From Polyangiaceae bacterium (GTDB lineage: Bacteria; Myxococcota_A; Polyangia; Polyangiales; Polyangiaceae), in contig JAICTZ010000038.1 in NCBI GenBank assembly GCA_025936115.1, forward strand, positions 1,975-65,974: a stretch of 64,000 bases of DNA, in the 5' to 3' direction. Under the pieces are notes generated by a model. The model saw only the letters and a list, made by a program, of their open reading frames with translations. It was not told the origin of the DNA and made no database searches. This document shows, one piece after another, positions 33,657-43,228 of this stretch. Position 1 is the stretch's first letter. Each line of letters opens with the position of its first letter. The position numbers and the translations under genes were made by a program.

Positions 33657-35867
33657 ATGAAGTACACGACGCGACGCACCCTCGCCGGCATCGGCATCGG
33701 CATCGGATTTCTCGGTGGCTGTTCGGCGACCGGTAACAACAACGTCAACGACGGCCTCGACCCCAGCCAGAGCGGCGGCAGCGCCGGCACCATCAACGTC
33801 GGCACCGGTGGTAGCGGCGCGAGCTTCAACACGGGCGGCACCGGCAACACGATCGGCGGCATCAGCGGCTCGAGCGGGAGCGTCAGCGTGGGCGTCTCCG
33901 ACGGCGTCGTGCCGGACGATGATCCGAGCAACGGGACCATCACGCATCCGACGTGTGGAATCGGTACCTGTACGGACTTTCCTGACGCTCCGCTCATGGG
34001 CGACGGCGTTCCCGCGAACGCCGCGAGCCTCTTCGGCGATGCCGACAACTTCTCGGCGGGCAGTCTCTGCGTGCTCGAGCCGCAGCTCTCGTCGGGCACG
34101 ACGCCCGGCGTGATGATGCCGGCGAACTGGCTCCGACCGCGCTTCAAGTTCAACGCGGCCGGCGCGGATCTGTTCGAGATCCGCATCAAGAACGCAGCGC
34201 AGAAGAACGAGCTCGTGGCTTACACGAAGAGCTCGACCTGGTACCTCCCGAAGGAGATCTGGGCCGGTACGGGGACACCCGGCATGAACAACGTGCCGGC
34301 TTCGGGCAACGGCGCGGCCAACAACGGTGCGGGGGCGCCCTTCACGGTGACGATTCGCGCGCTGAACAGCGCGTCGCCCGGTAAGCCCGTCGGTATGCGC
34401 GGCGATTTCAACGTCGCGCCCGTGGTCGCTTCCGGCAGCATGGTGTTTTGGACCGTGAACTCCGCGCAGGTGACGCCCGATTCCAGCAAGCTGCTCGGCT
34501 TCGCCGTCGGCGACGAAGGTGTGGCGGAAGCACTCACGCTGAATGAGCTCAAGTGGGCAGGCCAAATGGGTGAGGACGGCTCGGTCCTGCGTGGTTACTA
34601 CGACAAGACCAAGCTCGCGGGGTTTACCGACGGACAGGTGCGATGCATCGGCTGTCACACGTCGACGCCCGACGGCACGGCGGTCGTCTTCACCGACGAC
34701 TGGCCGTGGTCGAAGGCCGTGGCCTCGATCACCGCGGGCGCGGCGGGGCAGATCCCGTCGTTCCTCTCCTCGGGCGCGAGCGCGCTTCTCAAGATGCCGT
34801 GGCTCGGTACACAAACGATGTCGCTGGCGCACTGGAAGCCCGGCGATCGCACGCTCATCACCAGTTACGGCGTGAAGACGAAGTCAGGCAAATCGCGCGA
34901 CAAGGCTTGGTTCGCGGACATCTATGACGACCCGAATAACCCCGACAAGGTCGGGACGCACCAGCTCGCCTGGTTCGATCTCGAGTCCACGGCGTCGATT
35001 AACGTGGCCGTCACCGACACGCCCGACTACACCCAACCACTCACCGACCGGCAAGCGGCCGCGATGGCCGCCAAGGGTACGGGTTGGGGTCTCATTGCGA
35101 CGGGCGACACGCTGAGTGCCGTCTCGCCCGCGATGAACCACGCCGGCGATCAAATCGCCTACGTGACGACCGATTACTCGCCCGACGGCCACCCCGACTA
35201 CGTCGCGACCACCGCCGACGTGAAGGTCGTCCCCTACAACAACCGCTCAGGCGGGACGGCCCAGGCCGTCAAGGGCGCGTCCGACCCGAATTTCCTCGAG
35301 TATTACCCCTCGTACTCCGCTGACGACAAATGGCTCGCGTTCACGCGCGCGCCGAAGCCGAGCGCGCAGTCACCCGACGGCCCGTACTACAATCGGTTTG
35401 GACAGGTCATGATCGTGCCGGCTGCCGGCGGGACGCCCGTGACACTCGTCGCCAACGATCCGAACGCGTGCGCGGGCGACGACATGGCGCGCGGCATCAT
35501 CAACAGCTGGCCGAAGTGGTCGCCCGACGTCTTCGCCGCTCACGGCAAGACGTATTACTTTTTGATCTTCTCGTCGGCGCGCAAGTACGGCGACGAGTTC
35601 GCGCAGCCCTTTCAGCTGCCGTCCTCGTCCGCCAGCGACTTCAAGGGTCTTCAAGATTCGTCGCAGCTCTGGCTCACGACCATTCAGGTGGACAACACGA
35701 CGGGCGAGGTCGTGACCTACCCGGCGCTCTACGTCTGGAATCAGAACCGCCTCGCGACCAACGGCCAGGGCGCGGCCATTCAGTTCAGTAATCTCACGCC
35801 CGCCTGGGATCCCTTCGCGCTGCCGCCTATCGTCATCAGCGAAGTTCCGACCGAGCCCGTGCGCTGA
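33657..35867 (+). CDS. Lipoprotein with TolB/PD40-like beta-propeller repeats and a single CxxCH motif
   Basis: Lipobox FLGGC and a G/S/N linker. It has RCIGCHTSTPDG, plus PD40-like segments (AMNHAGDQIAYVT, YYPSYSADDKWLAFT, SWPKWSPD). Confidence 0.7.
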   Translation: MKYTTRRTLAGIGIGIGFLGGCSATGNNNVNDGLDPSQSGGSAGTINVGTGGSGASFNTGGTGNTIGGISGSSGSVSVGVSDGVVPDDDPSNGTITHPTCGIGTCTDFPDAPLMGDGVPANAASLFGDADNFSAGSLCVLEPQLSSGTTPGVMMPANWLRPRFKFNAAGADLFEIRIKNAAQKNELVAYTKSSTWYLPKEIWAGTGTPGMNNVPASGNGAANNGAGAPFTVTIRALNSASPGKPVGMRGDFNVAPVVASGSMVFWTVNSAQVTPDSSKLLGFAVGDEGVAEALTLNELKWAGQMGEDGSVLRGYYDKTKLAGFTDGQVRCIGCHTSTPDGTAVVFTDDWPWSKAVASITAGAAGQIPSFLSSGASALLKMPWLGTQTMSLAHWKPGDRTLITSYGVKTKSGKSRDKAWFADIYDDPNNPDKVGTHQLAWFDLESTASINVAVTDTPDYTQPLTDRQAAAMAAKGTGWGLIATGDTLSAVSPAMNHAGDQIAYVTTDYSPDGHPDYVATTADVKVVPYNNRSGGTAQAVKGASDPNFLEYYPSYSADDKWLAFTRAPKPSAQSPDGPYYNRFGQVMIVPAAGGTPVTLVANDPNACAGDDMARGIINSWPKWSPDVFAAHGKTYYFLIFSSARKYGDEFAQPFQLPSSSASDFKGLQDSSQLWLTTIQVDNTTGEVVTYPALYVWNQNRLATNGQGAAIQFSNLTPAWDPFALPPIVISEVPTEPVR

Positions 35868-35945
35868 GCGCCGGCGTCCGGCGCAGGTCTCCGAGCTCGT
35901 GACGGCCGTGTTCAAAGTCGGCCGTCACGAGTATAGGAACGCTGC

Positions 35946-36638
35946 ATGCCGAGAACGGGCTACCGCGAACAGCATCGGAGGAGCCGGGTGGGGTGGCTGC
36001 GTGCGGCCGTGCTCGGCGCCAACGACGGCATCGTTTCGACGGCCGCGCTCGTCGTAGGCGTCGCCGCGAGCGGTGCGTCGATTGGCTCGATTCTGATGAG
36101 CGGGCTTGCGGGCGCCGTCGCGGGCGCGATGTCGATGGCCGCGGGCGAATATGTCTCGGTACAGTCGCAGGCCGACGCCGAAACGGCGGACCTGGCGATC
36201 GAAGAGCGCGAGCTCGCCGAGGAACCGAAGCGGGAGCTCTTGGAGCTTGCCGGCATTTACGTCAAACGCGGGCTCTCGCACGAGCTCGCCCGCCGCGTCG
36301 CGGAGGAGCTCACCGCAAAAAATGCCCTCGACGCCCACGCGCGCGACGAGCTCGGCATCACGGACGCGCAGCGTGCTCGCCCACTCCAAGCGGCGCTTGC
36401 CTCGGCAGCGTCCTTCACGGTGGGTTCGGTGCTTCCGCTCGGCGGCAGCTGGCTCGCGCCCGCCGGCCGCGTTCAAGCGGTCACGACGGCGCTCACGCTC
36501 GTGAGCTTGGCTCTCACGGGTGCACTCGCGGCGTTCACGGGCGGAGCGCCCGTCGTGCGCGGTGCGCTTCGCCTCGTCTTCTGGGGAGCGCTCGCCATGG
36601 GCACGACCGCGCTCGTGGGGCGGCTGTTCAACCTGTGA
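35946..36638 (+). CDS. VIT1/CCC1 family iron/manganese transporter
   Basis: LRAAVLGANDGIVSTAALVVGVA and MAAGEYVSVQSQ motifs, with hydrophobic helices in the C-terminal region. Confidence 0.85.
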   Translation: MPRTGYREQHRRSRVGWLRAAVLGANDGIVSTAALVVGVAASGASIGSILMSGLAGAVAGAMSMAAGEYVSVQSQADAETADLAIEERELAEEPKRELLELAGIYVKRGLSHELARRVAEELTAKNALDAHARDELGITDAQRARPLQAALASAASFTVGSVLPLGGSWLAPAGRVQAVTTALTLVSLALTGALAAFTGGAPVVRGALRLVFWGALAMGTTALVGRLFNL

Positions 36639-36727
36639 TCCTCCGCGGGAGGCGCGCTTGACACTCCGGGGGTCGGGTGAGAAAACGGGGTAAGGACTGC
36701 CCGGGACGTCGGGCTGGGTCACGAGCA

Positions 36728-37588
36728 ATGGGTGCGTGGGCGAGCAACCTGCTGAGCCGATTACAGAACGTCCCGTTGCGCGAGAATCTGCCGAACTTGC
36801 TCGGTCGCTTCAGCGGCGTCCGCAGCGCGTACGGGCGGACCATCGGTGGATTTCAACGGCTTGGAGCGTTGCCCGGCATCACGCCCGCGCGGGAGGAAGT
36901 GGTGCGCGGACCGCGTCCCGCCGCGCTCGTCGAGGCGCTCGAGCGTGAGTCGGCGCACATCGGGCTCGAGCTTTCGAGTGAGACCGTGGACGCAATCGTG
37001 ACGGCGAGCCGCGCGTTGCCGGTACGTCAGTGGTTCACGCTGCGACAATTTCGCTTCGAGGACGTGCACGACGGGCGGCTCCCGGACGGCAGTCCGGCGC
37101 TGATTGGCGACGTGCTCGGGGTGGACGGCATCGCTGCGGCGCGCGCGGTCGCGCACTCTCCGCGCATCCTCGGCGCGCTCGAACATTACATGCATTACCG
37201 CCCCATCGGCGTCGACGTGCGCGTGCTCGCGAGCTTCGCCGGGGACTTTTCGGACGACACCTGGCGCGCCTACGGCCAAACGCTCGATTTTCAGTTCGAC
37301 ATCCACGGCTTTAGTTTCATCGACGCGAATTACTACCTGACCGACGTCGACGCGAGCTCGGGCGCGCACGTGCTGGTACACGGCACGCATCGGAAGAAGC
37401 CGCTGTCATGGCTCTTGGGGCAGCCACGCCGCAGCGACGACGAGGTCGCGCGCGTTTACGCCTCGGAAAACGTGCGCACCATCGCAGGCCCGCGCGGACT
37501 CGGCTTTCTCGAGGACAGCTCCTGCTATCACAAGGCGCTGCCCCCGAAGACGCGCGACTGCTTGATGCTTCACATCCGTTATTACTGA
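36728..37588 (+). CDS. Hypothetical protein (possibly Fe/2OG-dioxygenase-like)
   Basis: 286 aa from the internal ATG. It is His-rich (GAHVLVHGTHRKKP, CYHKALPP). The fold assignment is a guess. Confidence 0.5.
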   Translation: MGAWASNLLSRLQNVPLRENLPNLLGRFSGVRSAYGRTIGGFQRLGALPGITPAREEVVRGPRPAALVEALERESAHIGLELSSETVDAIVTASRALPVRQWFTLRQFRFEDVHDGRLPDGSPALIGDVLGVDGIAAARAVAHSPRILGALEHYMHYRPIGVDVRVLASFAGDFSDDTWRAYGQTLDFQFDIHGFSFIDANYYLTDVDASSGAHVLVHGTHRKKPLSWLLGQPRRSDDEVARVYASENVRTIAGPRGLGFLEDSSCYHKALPPKTRDCLMLHIRYY

Positions 37589-39129
37589 GCGCCGTCGCGC
37601 GCCGAAGCCGCGTATGGCAAGCGGCAAACGACGAACTTTACGCCGCTCACGAGGTCCGCAAGATCCGAGCAAACCGCGCCGTGGGCGCGAAACGTCTCGA
37701 TCTGCGGCACGCCTGCGGGCACGAGCGCGGTTGCAAAGTGCCGCTCAGCGAGCCAAACGTCGAGAAAATCGCGCGGCGCGAGCCCTTCTCGCACGGCGAT
37801 GCCCGACCAGGTGCCGTCGAGCACGACGGCGGGGTAGCGATTGTCCGTCGAGCGCCACGGCTGCGAAAAGACATCGTGATCCGCGTAGAGCGGCCGCGGC
37901 AGGCGCGAGACGGCATTTGCCGCCCGGGCGAGCTCGGGCACGCCGGCGGCAGTGCAGAGCTCGATGCGCCCGAGGTGCCCCGGCCACGCAAGCTGTGCGA
38001 ACGGAAATAACGCCCAGGGCGTGAGCAGCGTGGCGCCGAGCAGTAGCGCTTCACGTGGCGGGGGCTCCGTTTCCAGCAACCGAACGAGCGTGAGCCAGCC
38101 CGCGAGCGCGCTCGTGACGTAGCCGTCGAAGAGGTAATTTTTGTTCGCACCTTCGCGACCGAGTCCCGCGATGCCGAGCGCTACGGCCACCGCGCCGATG
38201 ACGAGGAGCGCCTGCTCGGGCTGCGGGCGGCGGCGCCATGCTGCGGCGAAACCTCGACGCGCGTCGAGTAAGAACACGCACGGCGCGAAGCCGAATAGCC
38301 ACGTATTTTGCGGCAGCGCACGCGAGACCACCTCGAGCCAAAGCGAGAACCGATACCGGCTGATCGCGGGCGCCACGAGGATCGAAAAGCGATAACGTTC
38401 CCCGCCGAGCAGCAGGCTGAGGGCCGTGAGCACCGCGAACGGCACCGCGAGCGCGCTGAGCTGACGGAAGTTGCGCTTGAGCACGAAGACCGCCGAGAGG
38501 GACCCGAGGAAGCTCAAGATCGCTGACTGTTTCATGGCCCAGGCGCACCAAAATACGAGTGACGCGGCTACGAACGTCGAACGCGACTCCCTCGCGAGGC
38601 CGCGCAACACGAGCCCGACTCCCGCGAGCCCGAGCAGCAGGGCCCACAAGTCCGGACGAATGTCGAACGGCCACCACGACAGAAACTGCGTACCGAACCA
38701 GACGCCGAAGGAGAGCGCACCGAGCGCGACCTTCGCGCCAGGTCCGCGCGCGGGCGCGTACAGCCACGCCAGGCGAGCGAACAGCGCCGCTCCGAGTCCG
38801 GCGGCGAGCAGGGTGAGTGCGCGAGGCGCGAGCAGCAGGCCCTCGTCGTTCACGCCGAGGACCCGCATGACGGCCGCGTAGAAGTAGTAAAACCCGAAGT
38901 TATAGAGCGTCAGGCTGTAGGGCGGTCGGTGTGGCCATTCGTAGAGCGGGTAGCCGTGCAGCACCCGCCAGAGCGCGTAGATGCCGGGCCCCTCGCGCCC
39001 GTCGGTGATCTCCCAGTGCCAGCAGCGCAGCAGTGACGAAGCGCGCAGGTAGAACACGGCGAGCGCGCCGAGGGCGGAAGTGACCAACAAAGCCCAGTAG
39101 AGACGCGCCGGGCGCCGCAGCAAAGGCAT
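37582..39129 (-). CDS. GT-C-type polytopic membrane protein (putative glycosyltransferase)
   Basis: 515 aa from the ATG at 39129 with about 12 TM segments. It has an aromatic-rich first loop (YPLYEWPHRPPYSLTLYNFGFYYFY), as in ArnT/PMT-like enzymes. Confidence 0.6.
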   Translation of the reverse strand: MPLLRRPARLYWALLVTSALGALAVFYLRASSLLRCWHWEITDGREGPGIYALWRVLHGYPLYEWPHRPPYSLTLYNFGFYYFYAAVMRVLGVNDEGLLLAPRALTLLAAGLGAALFARLAWLYAPARGPGAKVALGALSFGVWFGTQFLSWWPFDIRPDLWALLLGLAGVGLVLRGLARESRSTFVAASLVFWCAWAMKQSAILSFLGSLSAVFVLKRNFRQLSALAVPFAVLTALSLLLGGERYRFSILVAPAISRYRFSLWLEVVSRALPQNTWLFGFAPCVFLLDARRGFAAAWRRRPQPEQALLVIGAVAVALGIAGLGREGANKNYLFDGYVTSALAGWLTLVRLLETEPPPREALLLGATLLTPWALFPFAQLAWPGHLGRIELCTAAGVPELARAANAVSRLPRPLYADHDVFSQPWRSTDNRYPAVVLDGTWSGIAVREGLAPRDFLDVWLAERHFATALVPAGVPQIETFRAHGAVCSDLADLVSGVKFVVCRLPYAASARDGAQ

Positions 39130-39142
39130 GCGTTGCCCTCTA

Positions 39143-39730
39143 TCAGAGCCGGTCCGACGTGGGATCGGAAGATCGTGCCTCGCGGACCAGGGCGTATTCG
39201 AGCTCGTGGCCGTCTCGCACGGCCCTGAGCAGGAGCGCCCCACGGCTCATATCGCCCCGCCCCAGGAATTGACGAGGAAACAGCAGCCGCGCGCCGAAAA
39301 TCTCGAGCAGCGGGGCGACGTACTTGTCGCTCGCGATGCTGCCGAGCAGCACGAAGCGCGTCGTTTCCGGCTGGGTGTCCAGGAGGGCGCTCGCCTGGCG
39401 CAGGAGCGGCGCCGTGAAGTGGGGGTTCTCGGCGTGAATGGCGACGGACGCCCAACCGCGCAGGCGCTCGAGCCGGACGGGCTCGTCGAGCGGAAAGAGC
39501 CCGCCTCCGGCCGTCATCACGAACGCGGCTGGCGAGCCGTCCGTGGTGCGGGCGAAGAGACGCGCGTAGCTCGCCTTGCCGCGAAAGTAGAGGCCGCTCA
39601 CGAAGCTGAACACTTCTCCGAGCGGCGCGCCTTCGTGCGAGCGGACTCGTCGCGCGAGTGGAAACTCCGCATCACCGCCGAGGAGCAAGCGCCCGCGCTG
39701 CCCGCCGAGCTTGGCGGGCGAGAGCAACAT
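39143..39730 (-). CDS. Conserved-looking hypothetical protein, first gene of an operon with the GT-C gene
   Basis: 195 aa, globular composition, FPRQFLGRGDMSRGALLLR motif. No family was recognised. Confidence 0.55.
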   Translation of the reverse strand: MLLSPAKLGGQRGRLLLGGDAEFPLARRVRSHEGAPLGEVFSFVSGLYFRGKASYARLFARTTDGSPAAFVMTAGGGLFPLDEPVRLERLRGWASVAIHAENPHFTAPLLRQASALLDTQPETTRFVLLGSIASDKYVAPLLEIFGARLLFPRQFLGRGDMSRGALLLRAVRDGHELEYALVREARSSDPTSDRL

Positions 39731-39875
39731 GATGGTCGACGGAGCAGGAGGTTCGATGCGGAAAGTATGACGTGAGTTTGGCGCCCGCGCGGCGGCACGC
39801 TTCGCTGGGCCAGACTCGATTTACATTCTTCGTCGAAGAAATTAGGCGATCGACGCGGGCGGCCTCCGGTGTAGT

Positions 39876-40544
39876 GTGCCGCGCGACCTGGGAGCGTCCG
39901 TGACGAAGAAGAGCTTTTTTTGCGCCTTGTCGATGATATGTGGTGTCCTCGCTGTCTCGCCGCAGGCGGACGCCGAGCCACGTTTCACCGTGGGCGCCTA
40001 TGGCGGTTACCTGTTCGGTACGAGCGTCGAAGGCACGTCGAGTACGCTGACGAGCCGCGCGTCCGTCGAGGGCGCCGTCGATTACGGCGCCGTCGTCGAC
40101 GTAGCCTTGCGGCCGTTTGCGTTCGTCGAGCTTTCCTACACTCACGCGCCGACCGAGCTCTCGCTGCAGCAGTCGGACGGCGCCGCCTACCGTTACGATC
40201 TGCTCGTTCAATACGTGCAGCTCGGCGGTCTACTCGTTTATCCAGCCCCCGGCGCAAAATGGCTGCGCCCCATCTTCGGCGGCACGCTCGGCGCGAGCGT
40301 CTACTCCGCCGACAGCGAAGGCTTTCGCTACACCGAGTGGCGTTTTTCCATGATGTTCGAGGGAGGCCTCCAAATCCAACCCCTCGATTACTTCGGCATT
40401 CGCTTGCAGGCGCGGCTCGGCGCGACGTTCCTCAGCGACAACAGCGCGCTCTTCTGTGCGTCCGGCGCGGGTTGCGCGCTTGCCTACTCGGGGACCGCAG
40501 TGCTGCAGCCCGAGCTCGCCGCTGGCGCGTACGTCGCGTTCTAG
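39876..40544 (+). CDS. Outer-membrane beta-barrel protein
   Basis: Signal peptide ending PQADAEP, alternating strands and a C-terminal AAGAYVAF. The start is uncertain (GTG at 39876 or 39900). Confidence 0.65.
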   Translation: MPRDLGASVTKKSFFCALSMICGVLAVSPQADAEPRFTVGAYGGYLFGTSVEGTSSTLTSRASVEGAVDYGAVVDVALRPFAFVELSYTHAPTELSLQQSDGAAYRYDLLVQYVQLGGLLVYPAPGAKWLRPIFGGTLGASVYSADSEGFRYTEWRFSMMFEGGLQIQPLDYFGIRLQARLGATFLSDNSALFCASGAGCALAYSGTAVLQPELAAGAYVAF

Positions 40545-40565
40545 CCGGTTTCCGAAAGGCCGAGC

Positions 40566-40889
40566 TCAGACCGCTCGAACCTTCACCATGGCTTGTTCGA
40601 CGGCGCTCCAGTCGATCCTGGCCAGGGAGGGGAGCCCGTCGACCTCTCGACACGAACGCGCGAGCGCGCGCAGGGCCTCGACGCGTGACGTAGCTTTCGA
40701 GCCGGTGCTCGGTGCGTCGGGAGCGGTACTGGCTTGGGCGACGATGCGCCACTCACCCGCATCCGTCGGGAAGAAGACGCGCAGGACGAGAGCGGTGCCC
40801 GCGCAGTCGAGCTCGTAGGTCATGTTCGAGGATTCTCGAAACTGCACCGTAATGCGCGCCTGCAGCGACTCTTCGCTAGGAGTCGTCAT
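40566..40889 (-). CDS. Hypothetical protein
   Basis: 107 aa. Its ATG overlaps the Usp stop (ATGA at 40886..40889). Confidence 0.5.
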   Translation of the reverse strand: MTTPSEESLQARITVQFRESSNMTYELDCAGTALVLRVFFPTDAGEWRIVAQASTAPDAPSTGSKATSRVEALRALARSCREVDGLPSLARIDWSAVEQAMVKVRAV

Positions 40890-41854
40890 GATGCGCTCGC
40901 GACGGCGTGGCGCAAGCCGGCGCTGAACGCCGGACGGTGCATCCAAGTGACGTTGTCGCGTACCGGATCGCTGAGCCTCACGCGGTCCTCGGTCTCCGGC
41001 GTCATGATCGAGAGCACGGGCACGGTCGCCCGCCGCCTGATCGAGGACACCATGCCGGACGACGCCGTCCGTTCGTTTTCGTGGGAGTGCATGCCCATGA
41101 TGATGAGGTCGCTTTCCTCGCGTTCACGGCAGGCGAGGATCGCGTGTGTCGTCCCTTGCTGGGCGATCATGGTTTCGCAAGTCACGCCGTTGCTGCGCAA
41201 GCGCTGCTCGACTTCTTCGAGCATGGTGTGCGCGCGCGCGAAGCTCGTCTGCACGGATTCGCCGTGGCGCGGCGGTTCGCTGCGCAGCGCTGTCGAGCCG
41301 ACGGCGTGCAGCACCCGAACCGTCGCCGAGAAGCGGTGGGCGAGGAGCGTCGCCCATTCGAGGGCGCGCGCGGTTGCGGGCGAGAAATCGACAGGGAGCA
41401 GGATCCGCGTCACCGAAGACTTACTGCTCGCGAGCGGTACCGTCAGGATGGGGCAGCCGGTCGAGCAGCCGAGCTCGTCACTGAGCGCGGGGCGCTGCTC
41501 GTGCCTTGCGAGCGTGCGTCTCGAGGCGAGAACAATCAAGTCGGAGTTGCATTCTGCCGACTGCGCGAGAATCGCATGCGGCTCGCTGCTCACGAGCCTC
41601 GCTTTGACTTGGATCGTGTCTTTGCCTGAAAGCAGCGTTGCAAAAAGCAACTCTGCCTCATGACTCGCGTCGAGCTCTGGTGTCAATTGAGCTCGCGCTC
41701 CGGCCGAATGCGAAGGTCGCGCTTGGTCGGAACGCACGAGGAGCGCATCGACGCGAGCGTGAAACGGGCTCGCGATCGCGCAGGCGTGCGACAAGACGTC
41801 AATCTCGTCGAGCCGCAACTGAACGGCGCACAAGACGCGCTGCACGTTCAGCAC
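40886..41854 (-). CDS. Tandem universal stress protein (UspA) domains
   Basis: It has two Usp-like halves, each with a beta1 (RVLCAV / RILLPVDFS) and a C-terminal G-x2-G-x9-G(S/T)-like part (SDLIVLASRR..., SDLIIMGMHSH...GMVSSIRRRATVPVLSI). Confidence 0.75.
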   Translation of the reverse strand: MLNVQRVLCAVQLRLDEIDVLSHACAIASPFHARVDALLVRSDQARPSHSAGARAQLTPELDASHEAELLFATLLSGKDTIQVKARLVSSEPHAILAQSAECNSDLIVLASRRTLARHEQRPALSDELGCSTGCPILTVPLASSKSSVTRILLPVDFSPATARALEWATLLAHRFSATVRVLHAVGSTALRSEPPRHGESVQTSFARAHTMLEEVEQRLRSNGVTCETMIAQQGTTHAILACREREESDLIIMGMHSHENERTASSGMVSSIRRRATVPVLSIMTPETEDRVRLSDPVRDNVTWMHRPAFSAGLRHAVASAS

Positions 41855-42329
41855 GCGTCACCACCGGTCGTGCAATCGAATTGAAAATGCTCGACCGGGG
41901 GTGTGCCGTGCCGGCTCGCTGCGATCATCGAAACCTCCAGGCCTCGACGAACACTCGACGGCGAATGCCCAGCGCGGCAAAAAGCGCAGCGCGGAACTCA
42001 GCGGCGCGGCGAGTCAACTTTGCGTGCGCGCCGCAACCCTTGCGCCGGCGCACATCGACCGTCAGGAACATACGGCTCGAGCGGAACCGGGTCAAGTTCG
42101 ATTTCTGGTTTGCCCTTCTTACTGGAAGGCGCTACTTTGCCTGAACACAGAGTTTCCGGTAACCGCCTGGCTGTCCGTCGCCCACCCAGCGATCGCGGAA
42201 AGTCGTTTCCGGCGATCCTGTGAGGCGGCGTCAATGCTGCCGGCCGGTATTCGTGATCGCGGTTTTCGCGTCCGAGCCACCGGTGCGCACGTTCCGGCGA
42301 CGGAACTGAAATCCCCCGCTGGAGGCGGC

Positions 42330-42812
42330 ATGACTGGACGACCGAGCGTCAACAAACGACAGCGTGAGCTCCTACGCAAAGAACGGCAGGCGGACAAGAT
42401 CGTCAAGCGCGACGAACGTCGCGCCAAGCGCAACGAAGAGCCGGGCGAAGCGCCGCTCGAGGGCGAGCTGATCGAGGGGCTCGACCTTGCACAGCCGGGC
42501 GTCGACCCGGCACAGCCAGGCGATCCGGCGCAACCAGGCGCCGAGCCAGCGCCGCCCGCCGTTGCCGCGCCGCCCGCCGTTGCCGCGCCGCCCGCCGTTG
42601 CCGCGCCGCCCGCCGTTGCCGCGCCGCCTGCCGTTGCCGCGCCGCCCGCCGTTGCCGCGCCGCCTGCCGTTGCCGCGCCGCCTGCCGCCGCGCCGCCTGC
42701 CGTTGCCGCGCCGCCTGCCGCCGCGCCGCCTGCTGCCGCGCCGCCTGCTGCCGCGCCGCCTGCTGCCGCGCCGCCGGTCGCCGCGCCGCGGGCCGCGCGA
42801 GCTACGAAGTAA
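42330..42812 (+). CDS. Small protein: basic N-terminus plus (APPAVA)n/(APPAA)n repeat tail
   Basis: A GGAGG site lies 5 nt upstream of the ATG. It is 160 aa, and about half is the tandem repeat. Confidence 0.6.
   Translation: MTGRPSVNKRQRELLRKERQADKIVKRDERRAKRNEEPGEAPLEGELIEGLDLAQPGVDPAQPGDPAQPGAEPAPPAVAAPPAVAAPPAVAAPPAVAAPPAVAAPPAVAAPPAVAAPPAAAPPAVAAPPAAAPPAAAPPAAAPPAAAPPVAAPRAARATK
42549..42782 (+). repeat. In-frame tandem repeat: 18-bp unit gcgccgcc(c/t)gccgttgcc x8 interleaved with 15-bp units x6
   Basis: Counted directly. Seven consecutive 18-mers occupy 42549..42674. These are followed by a 15-mer, an 18-mer, four 15-mers and one variant 15-mer. Confidence 0.9.
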
Positions 42813-42820
42813 CGGAGCCG

Positions 42821-43165
42821 ATGGCAAGCTCCGAATTCACGGGGGAACCGCCGGGAAGCGACGCCAGGGGGCGGGGCGCCATTCTCCGGCACGGCCCATC
42901 TGCCGTCGGTGCAGCTTGGGTCCGATCGCTCTGCGCTGCGCTTGCCGAACAAGGTCGACCCGTCGCGGGCGGTTGGCCCGGCACCATGGTCGAAGCCCGT
43001 GCGCTCATCGGTAGTCACCTGCGCGTCGAACTCGACGGACGCGGGCTTCGCACCGCGTCGAGCACGGAACTCGCACGTGCGGCCGAAGCCACCTATGCGC
43101 GCGCGCGTTCGGAATGGCTCGGCCTCGAGCGACACGCGCGCTCCCTCATGCGTAATCGCATGTAG
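42821..43165 (+). CDS. Hypothetical protein
   Basis: 114-aa ORF immediately after the repeat protein. No motifs were recognised. Confidence 0.4.
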   Translation: MASSEFTGEPPGSDARGRGAILRHGPSAVGAAWVRSLCAALAEQGRPVAGGWPGTMVEARALIGSHLRVELDGRGLRTASSTELARAAEATYARARSEWLGLERHARSLMRNRM

Positions 43166-43228
43166 CGGTTGCCCTCACGTGGGCCAAGGGGCTACTTCGG
43201 TACTACGACGGTTCAGTCGTGAAAATCG

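Noticed and set aside
42123-42140. Sigma-54-like TGG...TTGC promoter in the long gap upstream of the repeat-protein gene.
   Set aside because: The GG to GC spacing is 13 nt instead of the required 10, so it does not fit the -24/-12 consensus.
42549-42782. Possible CRISPR array, because of the regular short repeats.
   Set aside because: The units are contiguous 15/18-bp in-frame repeats with no spacers. They encode an Ala/Pro tract inside an ORF with a good ribosome-binding site.
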